Shown one piece after another: positions 36,311 through 49,380 of a DNA stretch of 64,000 nt; position 1 is the first letter of the stretch; each line of letters begins with the position of its first letter. Below the pieces are notes generated by a model, which saw only the letters and a program-made list of their open reading frames with translations, made no database searches and was not told the origin of the DNA. Where the stretch lies: positions 86,323,921 through 86,387,920 of the forward strand of contig NC_092383.1 of assembly GCF_030028105.1 (NCBI RefSeq), read 5' to 3'. Source of the DNA: Mobula birostris (taxonomy: Eukaryota). Made by a program: the position numbers and the translations under genes.

Positions 36311-37324
36311 ATGTTACCTGGATTGTAGCTATGGGGAGAAGTTTGACAAACTTGGATCATTTTCGCTGCAGTATAGGAGGCTGAGGAGAGACCTGATAGA
36401 AGTTTATGAAGTTATAGAAATCACAGATAGGGAAGATAGAATCTTTTCCCAGGGTTTAAATGTAAAATGATAGTGAGCATCGTTTGAAGGCAATAGGGGG
36501 AATGTTTAAAGAATGTTTTCGAGACAAGTTTTATTTACTCTGAGGGTGCTGACTGCATGAAACACACCGACAGACTGGCTGGTAGAAAGGGATATCATAA
36601 CAATATTTAAGAAGCTTTTGGACATGGACATGAAAAGGGAGGGGTTGGAGAGATATGGACCACATGCAGTAAGATGGAAGTAGCTTAGAATGATAGCATG
36701 GTCAGTGTAGACATAGTGGGCCAAAGAGTCAATTCTTGGGCTGTACATTATATCAAGTTCTCTCTAACCCCATTGCTCTATTTCCCACCAGGAATGGGCT
36801 GAATGGGGAGGCTGGCTACCGGGAAGTGGATGGTTAGTGGGTGCTGGCGGGTGGTTTATGAGAGCACAGAGAGAGTGCCGGGTAGGGGTGGGAGTGACTG
36901 ATCCATGAAGCAGGGATGGGAAATGGAATAGACTGCCCTGGGAGGACTGAACACAATCTGTAGTGATCTGGATCTGATTCCCTTTTTATGCTTTTTGAAG
37001 TGTTTAGACCATGTGAAACACTTGTTTCTCATTGACCTGTAAATATCAGATTCTTAGTTTTAGTCTGAATGCAAACCACTGTCAGAGCAACATTTCATAT
37101 GGTTCAGAAGCAGGATAATGTGCTGAGCCTCCCACTGGAAACCAGAGGGTCAGATTCCACACTGGGTGAGAGCAACTGGAGTGGGATTTCCGAACCCAGC
37201 ACCCTCCCCGCAGGGGCCTGCTCTGTAACAGAGCCTCTGAATATCGGTGCTGCCCGGACACTCCCCAGAGAAAACATGAATCAGACACTTCAGTGGAAAG
37301 ATAAAGTCAAAATCGGAAACCTAC

Positions 37325-37638
37325 CAACAGATACTTGTAGATGCACGTTAAATATTGGAGGATTGCCAGATGATAGAATTACACATATATAATGCCCTGC
37401 ATCATTAGGGTCAAGGTGCTCCATAGTAACAGTAAATATTCCCTGGGATGTGTTATCTCTGATTGTCATTCTTCCATACTGCTCATTTTGCCCATTTGTA
37501 TTCACTAACGATGTGCATCGGCGATCCCGCATACAGCACAACATCTTTGGGTCTAAGCGATACATTGGTGCATAGTGACAATTGATTGTGATCGCTCTTC
37601 CCACAACTCCTCTCACTTTATCTTCTGCCCATAAAGCA
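37325..37638 (-). CDS. Ig V domain exon V2, canonical acceptor deleted (possibly pseudo-exon)
   Basis: Open frame ALWAEDKVRG...INCHY...DAGHYIC; G|gtaggt donor; 8-nt deletion (gttttggg) relative to V3 removes the AG. Confidence 0.7.
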
Positions 37639-38142
37639 TGAGGGAGAAGTTTCTTAGAGAATGGACAGGTAAAATCAAATTTACACAGGCAAATCCTAGA
37701 TTCAAGATTGTTTAATGTCATTTCCAGTGCTCATGTGTAAAAGAGAATGAAATCATTGTTACTCTAGTCTAATGCAGCACAAAAACTCAAAAGATAAAGA
37801 ACATAATAATAATAAATAAAGATATTTTATTTAAAGCTGTCGCTGTGGTCTAAGGAATCTACCACACCGTCAATTGGTGTAATTGAATTCCACATTGTCT
37901 GAAAAGGCAACAGCATCGTCCCTCATCACAAAATCACAGCTCTTCACAAGTAATGATTTTTATTTGATTGGAGTCATCATTATCACTGCCCACTAATGTC
38001 GCAGTGTGTTTCCACATTTCAGGGTCAATAGATTACTGATCCAGTCCCATTCCAGGCAGGTGAGCACAAGATCAGCAGTGGGTAACTTACTGGAGGTGAT
38101 TCTGTGAGACAGGATCTATCTGAATTTGCCAAAACATAATCT

Positions 38143-38445
38143 GACTTAAGGATTGAAGGGCGCCCATTCAGAACAGAAATGCGAAGAAATTTTTTTAGTC
38201 AGAGGGTGGTGAATCTATGGAATTTGTTGCCACGGGCAGCAGTGGAGGCCGAGTCATTGGGTGTATTTAAGGCAGAGATTGATAGGTATCTGAGTAGCCA
38301 GGGCATCAAAGGTTATGGTGAGAAGGCAGGGGAGTGGGACTAAATAGGAGAAAATGGATCAGCTCATGATAAAATGGTGGAGCAGAATTGATGGGCCGAA
38401 TGGCCTACTTCTGCTCCTTTGTCTTATGGTCTTATGGTCTTATGA
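38143..38445 (+). mobile_element. CR1 3' end (about 300 bp)
   Basis: Near identical to the reverse complement of 39698-39997; (cttatggt)n tail. Confidence 0.9.
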
Positions 38446-39697
38446 TTTGGGATGGTCTATGTGATCTTGTGCATGGGACATCCCCTTTCAAACAAATATG
38501 GCTGAGCTTTTTGGAAGAGATAATCAAAAGGATTGAAGAGAGCAGGACAGTAGTGTTTAGCCCATGGAGTTTAGCAAGGCCTTTGACAAGATCTTGCATT
38601 GTAGACTGATCTGTAATGTGAGGTCACAGTGTAAGCTAACTGGATGGATATTGAATAGGCTTGGCGGAAGGGATCAGATCGTGATTCTGAAGTCTGACAT
38701 CAGACTTTATCACAAGTGGTGTACCATAGGGATCAGTGCTATTATTCGTTAACCACTGTTATTTGTCATCAATATTAATAATTTGTAATGATAATGTAAG
38801 TAATATGATTAATAAGTTTTGGATGACACTGTAGTGTGGTGGACAGTGGAAAGAATTGTCGAATTTTATAATGGGATCTGGAAAATGAACCAGTGTTCAG
38901 CCACATCACTCTGTACCAGCACAATCCTTCCACCTGAGCCCATCCCATTTGTCTGAATTTGAAACATCTACCTCTCTTCTTGCTACCACCATTAGGTAAG
39001 ACGTACAGGAGTCCTGGACCATTTTCACTCGCCTCAGCACTGAACTGACTCTGCAGCTGTGGTCTCACTTTCGGGGACTCTGTGACTCATGTTCTACGTA
39101 TCATTTGTTTACATATTTTATTTATTTTGCACAATTCATCATCTTTTGCACATTGGATGCTTGTTAGTTTTTGTCGTATGTGGTTCGTCGTGGATTCTGT
39201 TGTGTTTCTTTGTTTTGTGGGTGCCTGCAAGAAGATGAAACTAGATTGTTTATGGTATACCTAGATTGATAATGAATTTACTTTGAACTTTGAACTAGGA
39301 AAGTGGCCAATGGAACAGCTGATGGAATTGAACTCAGGCACTGTGAAGTGATGCATTTTGGGAAATTAAACAAGGACACAACTTGCACTGTTGGGAACGA
39401 GGTGTGCAACTACATTGGTCCCTGAAAGTGGCAACACAGATGGACAAAGTGTTGACCAAGGCAAATGCCATGCTTGCCTTCATTGGATGGGGCATTAAGT
39501 ACAGTTGGGATGGCATGTTACAGCTATAAAGGGTGTTGACAAGATTTCACCTGTCCAGAGGAAGAGTGTCATTAATTTAGGGAAGGTACAGAAAACATCC
39601 ATACAGATGCTGTGGGACTGGAAGTTCTAGGATATGGATAGGCTGGGACTGTTTTCCCTGAAGTGAACTCTGATGAGGGATGACCTCAGTTTAAAAA

Positions 39698-41040
39698 TTA
39701 AGACCATAAGACCATAAGCCAAAGGAGCAGAAGTAGGCCATTCGGCCCATCAAGTCTGCTCCGCCATTTTATCATGAGCTGATCCATTTTCTCCTATTTA
39801 GTCCCACTCCCCTGCCTTCTCACCATAACCTTTGATGCCCTGGCTACTCAGGTACCTATCAATCTCTGCCTTAAATACACCCAATGACTCGGCCTCCACT
39901 GCTGCCCGTGGCAACAAATTCCATAGATTCACCACCCTCTGACTAAAAAAATTTCTTCGCATTTCTGTTCTGAAAGGGCGCCCTTCAATCCTTAAGTCGT
40001 GCCCTCTTGTACTAGACTCCCCATTATGGGAAACAACTTTGCCACATCCACTCTGCCCATGCCTTTTAACATTCAAAATGTTTCTATGAGGTCTCCCCTC
40101 ATTCTTCTAAACTCCAAGGAATACAGTCCAAGAGCGGACAAACGTTCCTCATATGTTAACCCTCTCATTTCCGGAAACATTCTAGTGAATCTTCTCTGTA
40201 CCCTCTCCAACGTCAGCACATCCTTTCTTAAATAAGGAGACCAAAACTGCCCACAGTACTCCAAGTGAGGTCTCACCAGCGCCTTATTGAGCCTCAACAT
40301 CACATCCCTGCTCCTATATTCTATTCCTCTAGAAAGGAATGCCAACATTGCATTCGCCTTCTTCACTACTGACTCAACCTGGAGGTTAACTTTAAGGGTA
40401 TCCTGTACGAGGACTCCCAAGTCCTGTTGCATCTCAGAACTTTGAATTCTTTCCCCATTTAAATAATAGTCTGCCCGTTTATTTTTTCTGCCAAAGTGCA
40501 TAACCATACACTTTCCAACATTGTACTTCATTTGCTACTTCTCTGCCCATTCTTTCAATCTATCCAAGTCTCTCTGCAGACTCTCCGTTTCCTCAGCACT
40601 ATCGGCCCCTCCAACTATCTTCGTATCGTCAGCAAACTTAGCCACAAAGCCATCTATTCCATAAACTAAATCATTGATGTACAATGTAAAAAGAAGCGGC
40701 CCCAACACTGATCCCTGCGGAACACCACTGGTAACCGGCAGCCAACCAGAATAGGATCACTTTATTCCCACTCTCTGTTTCCTGCCAATCAGCCAACGCT
40801 CTATCCACGTATGTAACTTTCCCATAAATCCATGGGCTCTTATCTTGTTAAGTAGCCTCATGTGTGGCACCTTGTCAAAGGCCTTCTGAAAATCCAAATA
40901 TACAACATCCACTGCCTCTCCCTTGTCTGGCCTGGTAATTTCCTCAAAAAATTGTAATAGGTTTGTCAGGCAGGATTTTCCTTTAAGGAATCCATGCTGA
41001 GTTCTGCCTATCTTGTCATATGCCTCCAGGTACTCTGTAA
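39698..41040 (-). mobile_element. CR1 LINE, 5'-truncated RT portion
   Basis: ORFs 39798..40076, 40073..40531, 40757..41065; flanked by aattaag direct repeat. Confidence 0.9.
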
Positions 41041-41189
41041 TTAAGAGGATATGGTGGATAATCACCGTCTTTATTCCAGAGTAGGGACTTCAAGATCTAA
41101 AGAGTCTCGTCTGAAGGTGAGAGGAGAGTCTTAGAGGACTGGGAGGGGTAGTGTTTTCCACACGGAACAGTATGTGCATGGAAAAGGTC

Positions 41190-44100
41190 AGAGGAAAAGT
41201 CCCAGCCTCCCCAAGGATTACATCTGCACCAGGTGCACTGAGATGAGGCTTCTGAAGGACCGTGTTAAGGTGCTGGAGATGGAAATAGATGACCTTCGGC
41301 TAATTAGGGAAAGTGAGGAGGTGATAGATACTACCTATAGAGAGGTAGTGGATAGCACCCCTGTGACAGTCCCCCTCAGAAATCGATCTATCGTTTTGGA
41401 TTCTGTTGAAGAGGCAGACCTGACAGAGGAGGACCACAGTGAACGAGACTCTAGCATTCTGCCCAGTGCCAAAATCAAGAGAGCAAGAAGAAATGCGGTA
41501 GTTATAGGGGACTCCATTGTAAGGGGGACGGACAAGAGATTCTGCGAGCCGGACGAGGATACCCGGATGGTGTGTTGCCTCCCTGGTGCCAAGGTACGGG
41601 ATGTCTCAGATCGAGTCCAGAGTATTCTGAGGAGAGAGGGCGAGCAGCTGGAAGTCTTGGTACATATTGGTACCAATGACATAGACAGAAAAAGAGAGGA
41701 GGTCCTGAAGAAAGATTGCTGGGAGCTAGGAAGAAAATTGAAAAGCCGGACCTCCAGAGTAATAATATCAGGATTGCTGCCTGAGCTGCACGCTAATGAT
41801 GGTAAGAATAGCAGAATTAAGTGGATGAATGTGTGGCTAAGTAACTGGCGCAGGGGGCAGGGCTTCAAATTCTTGAATCACTGGGATCTATTTTGGGGAA
41901 GGTATGACTTGTACAAAAAAGATGGATTACACCTGAACTCAAAAGGTACTAATATCCTAGCGGGATTGTTTAATATAGCTGTTAGGGAGGGTTTAAGCTA
42001 AGTTGGCAAGGGGAAGGAAACCAAGATGTTAGGATCGAGGAAGAAGAAAATAGAAATAAGTCAAAAATACCGTGCAGCAAAGATGGTAAAAAGGACAGGC
42101 CGATGAATATACAGGATAATTTGCTGCGAAATAGATACATAGCACAAGTGGCAACAGGTACCGATCTAAATGTACTGTACTTAAATGCACTCAGCATTAG
42201 TGGATGACCTTGCTGCACAGCTGCAGGTTAAAAGGTATGACATTGTGGCCATCACCGAGTCATGGCTAAATGATGGATGTGATTGGGAGCTGAATATCCA
42301 AGGATACACAGTGTACAGGAAGGATAGGAAGGTAGGTAAAAGGGGCGGCGTGTCCCTGATGGTAAGTAACGATATCAAATCAATAGAATGAAGGGATATA
42401 GGATCAGAAGAGGTAGAATCCTTATGGGTAGAATTAAGAAATGGCAAGGGTAAAAAGACACTAATAGCAGTTATATACAGGCCTTCAAACAGCAGTCGGG
42501 ATGTGGACTACAAGTTGCAGCTGGAAATAGAAAAAGCGTGTCAGAAGGAAAATGTCAAGATAATTATGGGGGATTTTAATATGAAAGTGGATTGGGAAAG
42601 TCAGGAAGGTAATGGATCTCAGGAGAGGGAGTTTGTAGAATGCCTACAGGATGGCTTTTTGGAGCAACTTGTCCAGAAGCCCACCAGGGGACCGGCTGTT
42701 TTGGATTGGGTGCTGTGTAATGAACCTGAGGTGATTAGGGAGCTGGAGGTAAAGGAACCTCTTGGAAGTAGTGATCATAATATGATTGAGTTCAGTTTCA
42801 AATTTGAAAAGGAGAAGCTGGTATCAGGTGTATCGATATTTCAGTGGAACAGGGGAAATTACAGTGGTATGAGAGAGGAACTGGCCCAAGTCAATTGGAA
42901 AAGTAAACTAAATGGAGGGATGGCAGAGCAGAATTGGATGAAATTCCTATAAGAAATAAGGAAAATGCAGGAAAAATATATTCCAAGAAAAAAGAAAATC
43001 ATGAATGGAAAAATGGCACAAATGTGGCTAACGAGAGAGGTTAAGGCAAAAATAAAAGCAAAAGAAACGGCGTACAAGGAAGCAAAAATTAGTGGGAAAA
43101 ATGAGGACTGGAAGACCTTTAAAAACTTACAGAAAGAAACTAGGAAAGTCATTAGGAAAGAAAAGATGAATTATGAAAGGAAGTTGGCGATTAACATAAA
43201 AAAGGATACTAAGAGTTTTTTTTAAATATATGAAGAGTAAAAGAGTGACAAGGGTAGATATGGGACCGATTGAAAACGATGCTGGAGTAATTATAATGGA
43301 TAACAAAGAGATGGCGGAGGAACTGAATGAGTATTTTGTATCAGTCTTCACAGTGGAAGACATGAGCAATATACCTGATAGCCAGAGGTATCAGGGAATA
43401 GAATTAGGTACAGTCAAGATAACTAGAGAGAAAGTGCTTGGGAAGCTAAGTGGACTAAGAATAGATAAGTCTCCCGGCCCGGATGAGGTGCACCCAAGGG
43501 TTCTGAAGGAGGTGGCTTTGGAGATTGTGGAAGCATTGGAAATGATCTTTCAGGAATCAATAGACTCTGGCATGGTTCCGGAGAACTGGAAGGTCGCAAA
43601 TGTAGTTCCGCTATTTAAGAAAGGAAGGAGGCAGCAGAAAGAAAATTACAGACCTATTAGTCTGACATCGGTGGTTGGAAAGATATTGGAGTCAATCCTC
43701 AAGGACGAGGTTATGAAATACCTCGAGATGCATGACAAGATAGGCCGAAGCCAGCATGGTTTCATGAAGGGAAGATCCTGCCTTACCAACTTATTGAAAT
43801 TTTTTGAGGTAATCTCGAATAAGATTGACAAGGGAGAGGCTGTGGATGTTGTGTATTTGGATTTTCAAAAGGCCTTCGATAAGGTGCCGCATATGAGGCT
43901 GCTTAATGGATGAGAGCCCATGGAATTATAGGAAAGATATTGAAATGGGTGGAGCATTGGCTGATAGGCAGAAAGCAAAGGGTGGGAATAAAGGGATCCT
44001 ATTCTGATTGGTTGCCGGTTACTAGTGGTGTTCCGCAGGGGTCGGTGTTGGGGCTGCTTCTTTTTACGATGTATATCGATGATTTGGATTATGGATTAAA

Positions 44101-45045
44101 TGGTTTTGTGGCCAAGTTTGCGGATGACACCAAGATAGGTGGAGGAGCAGGAAATGTTGAAGAAACGGAAAGGTTGCAGAGAGACTTAGTCAGTTTAAGA
44201 GAGTGGGCAAAGAAATGGCAGATGAGATACAACGTTGATAAATGTACGGTTGTACATTTCGAAAGAAGAAATAATCGGGCAGATTATTATTTAGATGGGG
44301 AGAAAATTCAAATATCGGAAGTGCAAAGGGACTTGGGGGTCCTCGTGCAGGATACCCTAAAGGTTAACCACCAAGTTGGATTGGCGGTAAGGAAAGACGA
44401 ATGCTATGTTGGCCTTCATTTCAAGAGGAATAATGTATAAGAGTAAGGAGGTGTTGATGAGGCTCTATGGGGCATTAGTGAGACCTCATTTGGAATACTA
44501 TGTGCGGTTTTGGGCCCCCTATCTTAGAGAGGATGTACTGATGTTGGAGAGAGTTCAGAGAAGATTTACGAGGATGATTCCTGGAATGCAGGGGCTAACA
44601 TATGAGGAGCGTCTGTCGGCTCTTGGATTGTATTCATTAGAGTATAGAAGGATGAGAGGGGATCTCATAGAAACGTTTCGAATGTTGAAAGGGTTGGACA
44701 GAGTAGATGTGGAAAGGTTGTTTCCCTTGGTGGGTGAGTCCAGGACAAGAGGCCATAGTCTTAGAATTAGAGGGTACCCAGTTAAAACAGAGATGAGGGG
44801 AAATTTTTTTAGCCAGGGGGTCGTGGATTTGTGGAATTCGTTGCCACATATGGTTGTGGAGGCCCGATCATTGAGGGTGTTTAAGGAGGAGATTGACAGG
44901 TATCTAATTAGTCAGGGTATCAAAGGATATGGGGAAAAAGCCGGAAATTGGAACTAGATGGGTGAATAGTTTAGCTCATGGGGGAGCTGCGGAGCAGACT
45001 CAATGGGCCAAATGGCCTACTTCTGCTCCTTTGTCTTGTGATCTT
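41190..45045 (+). mobile_element. Near full-length CR1 LINE: ORF1 (zinc knuckle + SGNH esterase) and disrupted ORF2 (APE-RT)
   Basis: ORF 41174..42001 CTRC...VIGDSIVRG...HIGTNDI...DGLHLN; ORF2 in pieces 42185 to 44957 with FADD; (cttgtgat)n tail. Confidence 0.95.
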
Positions 45046-47463
45046 GTGAAGTGTTGGAGGTGGGTACAAATACACTATTTAAAATACATTTGGACAAGTT
45101 CATGTACAGGAAAGCTTTAGAAGGATGTGGACCAAATACAGGGAAATGGGTGAAACTCAGTAAGACACTGTGGTCGGCATGGACGATTTGGGCCGAAACA
45201 CCTGTACCCATAACCTGTAACTCCATGACTCTGCAGCATCCTCTCTAAACTGGATTACACTTCTGAAAGTTTAAATTCAGAATTCAATTTCGGAGGGAAG
45301 GCCTCAAAATCCCCAGCTTTGCCTGCTGTTGGCAACCGAGATGGAGGACGAATCGTTCGGATAGAGATGGCGCTCAGTACTCGGTGTCAGAGAGCTGATC
45401 AGAACTCAAAGTTTTCAGATGACTCAGAGTCGGACCGTGGTCGGGTATGGCAGAGAGAGTTTTTCTTCCTTCTCCCTGAGATGTGGGACATTTGAGAGAC
45501 TTCGAACTTTTACTGTGCTCATGGACTTCTTCATCAAGTTATGGTATTGTTGCACTGTTGTAACTATATGTTATAATTCTGTGGTTTTGTTAGTTTTTTT
45601 CAGTCTTCGTCTGTCCTGTGTTTTGTGATATCACACCGGAGGAAATATTGTATCATTTCTAAATGACAATAAAAGAGGACTGCATGTCTTCATAATCTAA
45701 AAAAAAGTGTGACAGCTTATGGACTCAGCCAATCAGATTACACTTCAATTTCAAAGTTCAAAGTTCAAAGTACATTGATTATCAAAGTATGTATACTATA
45801 TACAACCCCGAGATTCATTTTCCTACAGGCAGCCACAAAACAAAGAAACCAAATACAACACATTTAGAAAAAAAACTGTCAAATCGTGCAAACCATAAAA
45901 GTAAGCAAATTACATTCAGAACTGAAATTCGTGAAAATGAGTCACAGACACAAAGCCAGTCATCACTGCAGCCAATTTAGGAGCCCATTAATTGAAGGCC
46001 ACAGCGTCAGTTCAGGACAGAGATATATCAGCCTTGTGGAGCTTAAGTTGAACACTGGCCTATCCCTCACCTATGACAAACATTGCTGTAGTGTTTTACA
46101 AGAGATTTGAGCGTTTATTATCCTGTTCAGAATCATGAAATGCAGCAGCCTTGTTTGTATCTCTAAATCCATTCTTTCTAGTCCTTTCAATATTCGATAG
46201 GATTCAATGACGTACCCCTTCATCAAAATCAAAGTAAAAATTTGTTATTAGAGTACATACTTCTCACCACATATAACCCTGAGATTCTTTTTCTGCGGGC
46301 ATACTTAGCAAACCTACAGAACAGTAACTGTAAACAGGATCAATGGATAAGAAACTGTGCAAACTTTGACTTTCACTTTGACTTTATTGTCCCCAAACTT
46401 GGCCACAAGGTCATCAACACTGTCATCCAAATCGTTGACATGAAATGTGAAATGAAGAAGTGGTTCCAACACAGACCACTGTGGAAAACCTTGAGTCATT
46501 GACAGTCAAACGGAAAGGCACCATTTTGTTCACGCTCTTTGCCTCCTGCCAGCCAGCCGATCCTCTTTCCATTCTAGAATCTTTCCAGTACTACTGTGGT
46601 TTCTTCTTCAGCAGCTTCAAGTGTGGCACCTTGTCAAAGGCCTTCTAAAAATCCAAGTAAGCAATATCCACTTTGTCTATCCTGCCTGTAATTTCCTCAA
46701 AGAGTCTTAACTGATTTTTCAGGCTAGATTTCCCCTGTATGAAACCATATTTAATCATGTGCCTTCAAGTAACCCAAAACCTCATCCTTGATAATGGACT
46801 CCAACATCTTCACAACCACTGAAGTCAGGCTAACTGGCCTTTAGCTCCCTTTCATTTGCCTCCCTCTATTCTTAAAGAGTGGAGGAACATTCCCAATTTT
46901 TCAGTCCTAGAAAACCATTCCAGAATCCAGTTATTCTTTAAAGATCACTTCTTATGCCTCCACAATCTCTTCAGCTGCCTCCTTCAGAACACTGGGGTGT
47001 AGTCTATCTGGTCCAGGCAACCTATTGACCTTCAGACCTCTCAGTTTTCCAAGCACCTTCTCCTTAGTAGTAGCAACTACACTCACTCCTGCCCCCTGAC
47101 ATTCTCGAATTTCTTTCATACTGCTTGTTCAGAGTCCTTCCTTTTGTTTATATGACAGTGTCACTGTCTCACAACTGGACACCCATTCTCACATCTTCAA
47201 TGCAGAAGTCACAAGTATGAATGGAATTCTTTCTTTTTCATGGAGGTGCAAGTCCAACTATGTTTGAGATGCTCCACATCTTCCAGGAGGAAGTGACAGA
47301 CTTAACTGTTTACTGCACTTTATTTCTACCCCATGGAGGCTGCAATGTGTAGCTTCTACAAATGCAAAGACATACCTTACTCTCACTAGAAGTATAAGAG
47401 CAGCAGTAACAGAGTAACAAAAAGAAATATTTAAATGTATCCTCTCTTGAAAGTAGAACTTAC

Positions 47464-47784
47464 TGGTGCCATTGATTTCTGTCACATAACTGCAGATCTC
47501 TCCGTTGTTGAAGACTGTCACTTTAACCATTGCACTGTATTTTACTCCAAGCTTACTCGAGGCTTTGCAGTAATATTGATGGTGCTGCTGGTTGAAGGAT
47601 TGACAACGTAGAGCCTGTTTATTGGTATCTGAGATCTTTGGATGCCCAGATGAGGTTTGTTCATACCATGTGTACTGAATGGGAAGGGATCCCTGGAGAG
47701 ACTCACAGGAAACTGACACTGAGCCCCCAAGACGGGAGACATTTGCTGGTGACAGATATCGAAGCACAGGAACAGACACAGGTT
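47464..47784 (-). CDS. Ig C2-type domain exon C2a
   Basis: 321 nt, phase 1-1, ttcccacag| and A|gtaagt; VSVSC..YTW...YYC; open. Confidence 0.9.
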
Positions 47785-47836
47785 CTGTGGGAAGGAATTC
47801 AACAATCAGACTCTGAATAAACATCTGAAAATCAAA

Positions 47837-48388
47837 CACTCTTCTGCCACTTTATTAGCTACACCTGTTCATCTGGTCATTAATGCAAATATCAGATTAG
47901 TCATTTATGTGGCAGCAACACAGTCCATAAAATCATGCAGACATGGTCAAGATGTCTGGTTGCTGTTTAGGCAAAACATCAGAATAGAGAGGAAATGTGA
48001 TCTTAGTGACTTTGACAGTGGAATAATAGTTGGTGGCAGATGGAGAGGTCTGAGCATCTCAGAAACTGTTGACCTCCTGGGATGTTCAGGCACAACTCTC
48101 TCCAGAGTTTACACAGAACGGTGCAAAAAAACCAGAAAGTATCCAGTGAGCAGCAATTCTGTGATCAAAAATGCCTTCTTTATGAGAGAGGTCAGAGGAG
48201 AATGGCCGGACTGGTTCAAGCTGACAGAAAGATGACAGGAGTTTAAATAACCATGTGTTATGACGGTGGTGTGCAGAAGAGTATCTGAACCTTGAAGTGA
48301 GTGGGTCAGAGCGGCAGAAGACCATGAATGTACACTCAGTGGCCTATTTATTAGTTATGAAGATACCTAATGAAGTGGCCATTGAGTG
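47837..48388 (+). mobile_element. Non-autonomous Tc1-like element in the V1-C2a intron
   Basis: ORF 47909..48235 DLSDFDSGIIVG...GLSISETVDLLG (paired-like HTH); TIR ccactttattag / ctaatgaagtggcc. Confidence 0.8.
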
Positions 48389-48742
48389 CTTAAAGGCAGC
48401 AACTTGTGAGATATCCGTCACATGTTTGGTGGCTTTCATGAGAAAATGACCTGCCGTAGAAAGGGAAATATTTGGCACTGATATTAATGCAATGGTAGTT
48501 AGGGATGGACAGTGTCTGGACAAAGATCTTGTAATCTGTGCAGAGGCTGAGCAGGAGGAGGAGAAGAATGCTGTTCTTCAGACACATCCACGAGATGGGC
48601 ATTTCTCCATTCAACAAGCTTCACCCTGGGATCAGCACATTGTCACTCCCCAGGACATCTAATGCACAGACCCTTCCCGGAGAAAACATGGATGAGACAT
48701 TTATTCTACTGAAGGGACAAAGTCAATCACTGAGAAACCTAC

Positions 48743-49063
48743 CTTCATGTACTTCTAGATGTAAATAATATCTTGTATCGAGACCTGGTGTTGTAATTCC
48801 ACAGCTGTACCATCCTGTATCTCCAGAGTGAAGATCCTCCAGAGTAACAGTAAATATTCTCCGTTCCGGGTTATCTGTGATTGACACTCGTCCACTCCGT
48901 CTGTGCTGCCCATTTGTTTTCACTAAAACTGAACACAGTGGAGTCCATCCATCACACCAATACTTTTTGTGTGAGTGGTGCTTTTCTTCATAGTGACAAT
49001 CGATTGTGATCGCTCTTCCCAAAACTCCTTTTACATATTTCTCTGCCCACAATGCACCTGAAA
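48743..49063 (-). CDS. Ig V domain exon V1, CD300/pIgR/TREM-like
   Basis: 321 nt, phase 1-1, ctccctcag| and G|gtaggt; ITIDCHY...KYWC-x6-C...RVSITD...FTVTLEDL..GDTGWYSC. Confidence 0.93.
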
Positions 49064-49199
49064 CTGAGGGAGGCATTTTCAGTTTTGAGGGGAAAGGACC
49101 AATTAATGCAAACTAATATTTTTGAACATGACAATAAAAAACCCGTCCAGGTCACGTCCAGCAAGTGGCACGTGTTACCACGGCTAATGATTTTGGTGT

Positions 49200-49380
49200 G
49201 AAGTGCAGTCAGTGCTGTTACTGTGTCAGCTGTGTCAGTGCTCTCTCCCCTGTGTCAGTACATTGTGGGTTCACTTCCCACTCCAGAGCCCTGAGCAGAA
49301 ACCCAGGGCTGACCCTCCAGTGCAGTACTGGGGGACAGCGGCAATATTAAACTTTCAATTACCTCCTATCAGCCCTTCAA
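49200..49380 (+). mobile_element. Decayed DeuSINE/SacSINE1-like element
   Basis: gggttcacttcccactccagag...ggctgaccctccagtgcagtactg resembles the recalled DeuSINE consensus. Confidence 0.45.
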
